NCBI GenBank assembly: GCA_032718475.1
Contig: JAUCBJ010001142.1
Span: forward strand, 1-64,000
Reading direction: 5' to 3'
Origin: Nemertoderma westbladi
Lineage: Eukaryota; Animalia; Xenacoelomorpha
Length of the DNA: 64,000 nucleotides
Below are positions 58,201 to 64,000 of the stretch, piece after piece; position 1 is the stretch's first letter, and each line of letters begins with the position of its first letter. Both the position numbers and the translations under genes were made by a program. The notes below the pieces were generated by a model that saw only the letters and a program-made list of their open reading frames with translations, did no database searches and had not been told where the DNA came from.

Positions 58201-60402
58201 CAGTAGGGTTAGGAATTAGTCACATTAGCCTGTGAGGTGCGTAGCAGTAGGGTTAGGAATTAGTCACATTAGCCTGGGAGGTGCGTAGCAGTAGGGTTAG
58301 GAATTAGTCTCACTAGCCTGGGAGGTGCGTAGCAGTAGGGTTAGGAATTAGTCACATTAGCCTGGGAGGTGCGTAGCAGTAGGGTTAGGAATTAGTCTCA
58401 CTAGCCTGTGAGGTGCGTAGCAGTAGGGTTAGGAATTAGTCTCACTAGTCTGTGAGGTGCGTAGCAGTAGGGTTAGGAATTAGTCACACTAGCCTAGGAG
58501 GTGCGTAGCACTAGGGTTAGGAATTAGTCACACTAGCCTAGGAGGTGCGTAGCAGTAGGGTTAGGAATTAGTCACACTAGCCTGTGAGGTGCGTAGCAGT
58601 AGGGTTAGGAATTAGTCACACTAGCCTGTGAGGTGCGTAGCAGTAGGGTTAGGAATTAGTCACACTAGCCTGGGAGGTGCGTAGCAGTAGGGTTAGGAAT
58701 TAGTCACACTAGCCTGTGAGGTGCGTAGCAGTAGGGTTAGGAATTAGTCACACTAGCCTGTGAGGTGCGTAGCAGTAGGGTTAGGAATTAGTCACACTAG
58801 CCTGTGAGGTGCATAGCAGTAGGGTTAGGAATTAGTCACACTAGCCTGGGAGGTGCGTAGCAGTAGGGTTAGGAATTAGTCACATTAGCCTGTGAGGTGC
58901 GTAGCAGTAGGGTTAGGAATTAATCACACTAGCCTGTGAGGTGCGTAGCAGTAGGGTTAGGAATTAGTCTCACTAGTCTGTGAGGTGCGTAGCAGTAGGG
59001 TTAGTAATTAGTCACATTAGCCTGTGAGATGCGTAGCAGTAGAGTTAGGAATTAGTCTCACTAGTCTGTGAGGTGCGTAGCAGTTGGGTTAGGAATTAGT
59101 CTCACTAGCCTGTGAGGTGCGTAGCAGTAGGGTTAGGAATTAGTCACACTAGCCTGTGAGGTGCGTAGCAGTAGGGTTAGGAATTAGTCACACTAGCCTA
59201 GGAGGTGCGTAGCAGTAGGGTTAGGAATTAGTCACACTAGCCTGTGAGGTGCGTAGCAGTAGGGTTAGGAATTAGTCAAACTAGTCTGTGAGGTGCGTAG
59301 CAGTAGGGTTAGGAATTAGTCACACTAGCCTGGGAGGTGCGTAGCAGTAGGGTTAGGAATTAGTCACATTAGCCTGTGAGGTGCGTAGCAGTAGGGTTAG
59401 GAATTAGTCACATTAGCCTGTGAGGTGCGTAGCAGTAGGGTTAGGAATTAGTCACATTAGCCTGGGAGGTGCGTAGCAGTAGGGTTAGGAATTAGTCTCA
59501 CTAGCCTGGGAGGTGCGTAGCAGTAGGGTTAGGAATTAGTCACATTAGCCTGGGAGGTGCGTAGCAGTTGGGTTAGGAATTAGTCACACTAGCCTGGGAG
59601 GTGCGTAGCAGTAGGGTTAGGAATTAGTCACACTAGTCTGTGAGGTGCGTAGCAGTAGGGTTAGGAATTAGTCACATTAGCCTGTGAGGTGCGTAGCAGT
59701 AGGGTTAGGAATTAGTCACACTAGTCTGTGAGGTGCGTAGCAGTAGGGTTAGGAATTAGTCACATTAGCCTGTGAGGTGCGTAGCAGTAGGGTTAGGAAT
59801 TAGTCACATTAGCCTGTGAGGTGCGTAGCAGTAGGGTTAGGAATTAGTCACATTAGCCTGGGAGGTGCGTAGCAGTAGGGTTAGGAATTAGTCACATTAG
59901 CCTGGGAGGTGCGTAGCAGTAGGGTTAGGAATTAGTCACACTAGCCTGGGAGGTGCGTAGCAGTAGGGTTAGGAATTAGTCACACTAGCCTGGGAGGTGC
60001 GTAGCAGTAGGGTTAGGAATTAGTCACATTAGCCTGTGAGGTGCGTAGCAGTAGGGTTAGGAATTAGTCACATTAGCCTGGGAGGTGCGTAGCAGTAGGG
60101 TTAGGAATTAGTCTCACTAGCCTGGGAGGTGCGTAGCAGTAGGGTTAGGAATTAGTCTCACTAGCCTGGGAGGTGCGTAGCAGTAGGGTTAGGAATTAGT
60201 CACACTAGCCTGGGAGGTGCGTAGCAGTAGGGTTAGGAATTAGTCACATTAGCCTGTGAGGTGCGTAGCAGTAGGGTTAGGAATTAGTCACATTAGCCTG
60301 TGAGGTGCGTAGCAGTAGGGTTAGGAATTAGTCTCACTAGCCTGTGAGGTGCGTAGCAGTAGGGTTAGGAATTAGTCTCACTAGCCTAGGAAGAGCGTAG
60401 CT
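52284..60402 (+). repeat. 44-bp satellite, right block (~185 monomers)
   Basis: Same monomer, resuming in register after the TSD; ends ...CTAGCCTAGGAAGAGCGTAGCT. Confidence 0.99.
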
Positions 60403-60952
60403 GGCCAAGTATACCCTTTCACTCTGTACAAAAAACTACAGGCGTCAGAGTCGTTATAATTTTCCTGCAGGGTACCACGTGGGCCATGACAATGGTGTAT
60501 TTCCTAACCTGAATTTTAACAGCTCTATCTATTATTTTTTACACCTTGAAAAAAAAATAGCTGTGATCTATAAATCATTGTAGTACACAATATGAGGGGG
60601 GGTAGGGGGGGGGGGGGAACTGTAATTCCGCCGCGACCACAATGCATTACAGTAAAATTGCGTACAAAAACAGTGAAATAATTTAATCTTAACACTGGTT
60701 GAACATTTATTAAATTTCCTAATTAGTAAATTACCACATTTATAAAGGCTATGTAAAATATCAAGTTTTCATCAGTTGAGATGTGAATAATATGTCCCAG
60801 ATATTTATACTTAGTCACAGTTTCGAAAATTGCACCGCTAATATAAATCTGGTTATTTAATAAGGTTTTATATATCTTGGGGGTAAATAGCCTAAATTTA
60901 GATTTCTTAACGTTAATAATAATTGAATGTTCAAGGGCGTAATTTTCATATA

Positions 60953-61857
60953 CACCATGTCCCAGAATATAGTGTCGTAATTCAGTGACATGCCCCCCCC
61001 CCCCTCCCCCCTAATTTTTCTACAAATCGTAATGAGATTGCATGAAATTTGAAACAGAGATAGTTTCACCTCCCAACCACTGACTGGGTGAGCCAGAATT
61101 TTTATTTTTGCTTTCAATCTTTAGCTACAAGCGTTTATAAAAGTGTCTCCAGCGATATTACACCAGTTACACCGCAGTTATTCTTCTACCATATAGCTGT
61201 TTGTTGGTACCAATGGAAAGCTGGCCCTGCAAGGATTTCAAATACTGTAACGCAATTTGAATTTCGTTGAAAAATAGCTGAGATATGGGCGTTCAAATGT
61301 TGCATGGTTATGCACCTGCGCGAGGCTATTTTATTCTATTTAATAAATGCATCATAATCTGGAATATTTTGTTTATCCAAATACGTAGCTGGGCAACAAT
61401 GCATTACATCTTTAATCATACTATTACGTAGCTATTCATACATTTAAAAAATGTTCCAGAATATGGTTTATTTATTAATAGAATAAAATAGCCTCGCGTC
61501 GTTGCAAAACCATGCAACATTTGAACGCCTCATATCTCAGCTATTTTTCAACGAAATTCAAATTGTGTTACATATTTGGAATCCTTGCAGGGCCAGCTTT
61601 CCATTGGTACCAACAAACAGCTATAAGGTAGAAGAATAACTGCGGTGTAACTGGTGTAATATCGCTGGAGACACTTTTTTTAAACGCTTGTAGCTAAAGA
61701 TTGAAAGCAAAAATAAAAATTCTGGCTCACCCAGTCAGTGGTCGGGAGGTGAAACTATCTCTGTTTCAAATTTCATGCAATCTCATTAAGATTTGTAGAA
61801 AAATTAGGGGGGAGGGGGGGGTACCTGAATAACGACACTATATTCTGGGACATGGTG
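60953..61857. mobile_element. 905-bp foldback MITE with ~400-bp inverted arms and TA TSD (Tc1/mariner-type)
   Basis: TA|CACCATGTCCCAGAATATAGTGTCG ... CGACACTATATTCTGGGACATGGTG|TA. Arms stay complementary to ~61370/61450 with a short spacer. Confidence 0.9.
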
Positions 61858-62094
61858 TAATTCTATTAGTTTTTTTTATACCATGAAATGAATTTGAAAT
61901 CAATCTGTTCTAAGAAAAACTGTTCTATTGACTTTAGTTTATTGTCTTGGTTAGATAGGTCTGCCACACTGTTATAATACAGTAAACATTCAACGGTACT
62001 GCAGAGCTTTTTTGGCACACAACCTCCCAACTTTTTGTGTACTAGCAAGTTCTTGTTACTTTTCTTTTAATGTTCTAAAGGTCTCTCCTCTATT

Positions 62095-62285
62095 TTATGT
62101 CAAAATTAATTTTGTTCTAGAATAAATATATTTATCTGAAAATGAATTTTGTTCTAGAATAAATATATTTTATCTCAAAATGAATTTTGTTCTAGAATAA
62201 ATATATTTTATCTCAAAATTAATTTTGTTCTAGAATAAAATTATTTTATCTCAAAATTAATTTTGTTCTAGAATAAATATAATTT
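62095..62285. repeat. 38-bp tandem repeat, ~5 copies
   Basis: AATTTTGTTCTAGAATAAATATATTTTATCTCAAAAT unit; TTCTAG at 62115, 62152, 62190, 62228 and 62266. Confidence 0.92.
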
Positions 62286-62644
62286 TTTCGGTATTTAGTT
62301 GCCCCCACCCCCCATTTATTGTAAATTTTTCCAAATCATCCCTTTCTGTCCTTTTTGATTAATGTTAAATATTGTTAGTGACAAGAGTTATTATCCAAGG
62401 TAGCTAGTGTTCTTTTTATGTTAGCTAGTGTTTTTTCTAATGGTAGCTACTGTAGTATTTTTGAAAAAAATATTATTTTTTAAGAATTCGTCGTTTATGA
62501 GTGTTAAGGCACTCGTTGTGGAATGATCTACCAGGGTCAATAACTCGAGCGCCATCTCTTGTCGTATTCCAACACAACCTGAAGAAACACTTTTTAGATA
62601 AACTTGCATCTACGGATATCTCTGTGTTCACAATAACATAGCGA

Positions 62645-62848
62645 TTTTATTATGTTTCTATTACTTATAAACTTTATATTTTATCTACCTTTTATAACAG
62701 GGATCCCTATGGAAATGAGATGTAATTATCTCTTAGGGCTATCCTTAGCGGCTACATTTTTTTTCTTTTTGTTAATTTCTATCGTGATTTGTATTTATTT
62801 TAATTTGTAATCCGCTAATAAACAAGTTCAAGTTCAAGTTCAAGTTCA
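62645..62848 (+). mobile_element. 3' UTR end of a LINE/SINE (L2/CR1-group-like)
   Basis: Stem-loop GGATCCCT..GAGAT..ATCTC..AGGG..ATCC, then AATAAA and a (CAAGTT)4 tail. Confidence 0.55.
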
Positions 62849-64000
62849 GGCCATCGAGTTATATTCCCTTTCTCGGCCACTGGTGATAACCAGATTAAAG
62901 TTCTCTAAAACAATCTTAATGGATCGCAACAAACCTGGCGATTCTATGTCAAAGGACTTGATTAATGCAAACTTTGTAAGTAACTGCTTCGCACTAAGCA
63001 ACATCGCACAAGGCAAAACGTCGACTATGCACTTTTACTGCATATCATAATAATTAAATAATTTTGATTTTAGTTAAATTTAATTATAATTTACTCTGAT
63101 TTATTTACTTACCGGAACTTTATTGATGGTGAGAATCACCCGATGTACAATTTTAGATATTTTAAACTTGTCGGCAGAGTCAGAATTAACACAAATAATA
63201 AATATTGATTAATTTTAAGCAAAATCTGTATATAGATATTAATTTGAATGTTTAGCTAATCATTAAATATATATATTTATTGAAGCACTTTTAGAATGAA
63301 CAAAGAAACATCCTGTTTATCCATCATGAAACCTAAATACATATAAAGTTATACAAATGATTTCTTATTAATTATTAAGTAATTATTACTCATAAACAGA
63401 CAAAAAAAATATTAAAAAATAGTAATCTTAAATTGATACTTTTATGTTGATTAGTTCTTAACTAAAGGATAGAAAGAAATAGCGTTACAATATAAATTGA
63501 ACTGCATAATTTTACTGTATTGCTTCCATAGTTAATGTTACTGTAAATCAATATAATGTTCTAGAATATTTATTAGGTAACTAGAGAGCCGCTTATCTAC
63601 ACATACCAATATTGGATATTGTGTTCCGTTTTGGAAGTTGCACCGTCCACGCTTCACAGACACTAAAGTTGCAAGAACTTTTGAGTGGGTGCATGGATTT
63701 TGCTTAAGTTACTTGCGAACCTTTTCTACACTTGAAATGAACACATGAAATAAAGTTTAAGAAATTCCACCAAAAATATTTTCACACTTAGTTAACCTTT
63801 TACGCTGGTAAACAAATATAATCAACGCTATTTCAGTTACTTTTCCCTAGGGAAGAAAAGTACTCTTTTTTTTCTCCCGATTTATATATTCGATCGAAAA
63901 AGTAGAAATTGTTAGATGCTGAAGTAATATTCGGTAGGCCTATTCTATCTGGCGTCTCTTCTAAAAAGAGTCTTATCTTAACTGGCGTCAATCTATACCG

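Noticed and set aside
21483-60402. CRISPR array or true telomere
   Set aside because: Monomers are contiguous with no unique spacers, there are no cas genes and the context is eukaryotic. TTAGGG-like motifs are embedded in a 44-mer rather than forming pure tracts, and the array is interstitial.
63106-63200. Possible - strand exon ending at CCG|GTAAGT
   Set aside because: A donor-like motif only; no convincing acceptor, frame or homology.

Overview
AT-rich animal (invertebrate-like) genomic DNA dominated by repeats. Host genes: an intronless, divergent KLHL20/diablo-like BTB-BACK-Kelch gene (+, 6745-8577), and a probable two-exon basigin/neuroplastin-family Ig-superfamily membrane protein (-, 20906-20202 joined to 15163-14597) whose intron holds a frameshifted CRE-clade non-LTR retrotransposon. 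A ~26.6-kb array of a 44-bp satellite (21483-60402) is split by a young 12.3-kb BEL/Pao LTR element (39981-52283; 1243-bp LTRs, AGTAG TSD) that encodes Gag-protease but lacks RT and integrase. The 5' end of a related BEL/Pao subfamily lies inverted at 1-3670. The most striking signal is that neither BEL/Pao copy has a tRNA-type primer-binding site. Instead the 12-13 nt right after the 5' LTR are perfectly complementary to a site inside the element's own LTR, and the two copies differ by two compensatory base-pair changes. This suggests tRNA-independent self-priming (Tf1-like) in a BEL/Pao lineage. Also present: Gypsy, Harbinger and RTE-like fragments, a 905-bp TA-flanked foldback MITE, HINE-like repeats and several fold-back (palindrome-generating) insertions. 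All family calls rest on motif recognition by eye; no database search was run.
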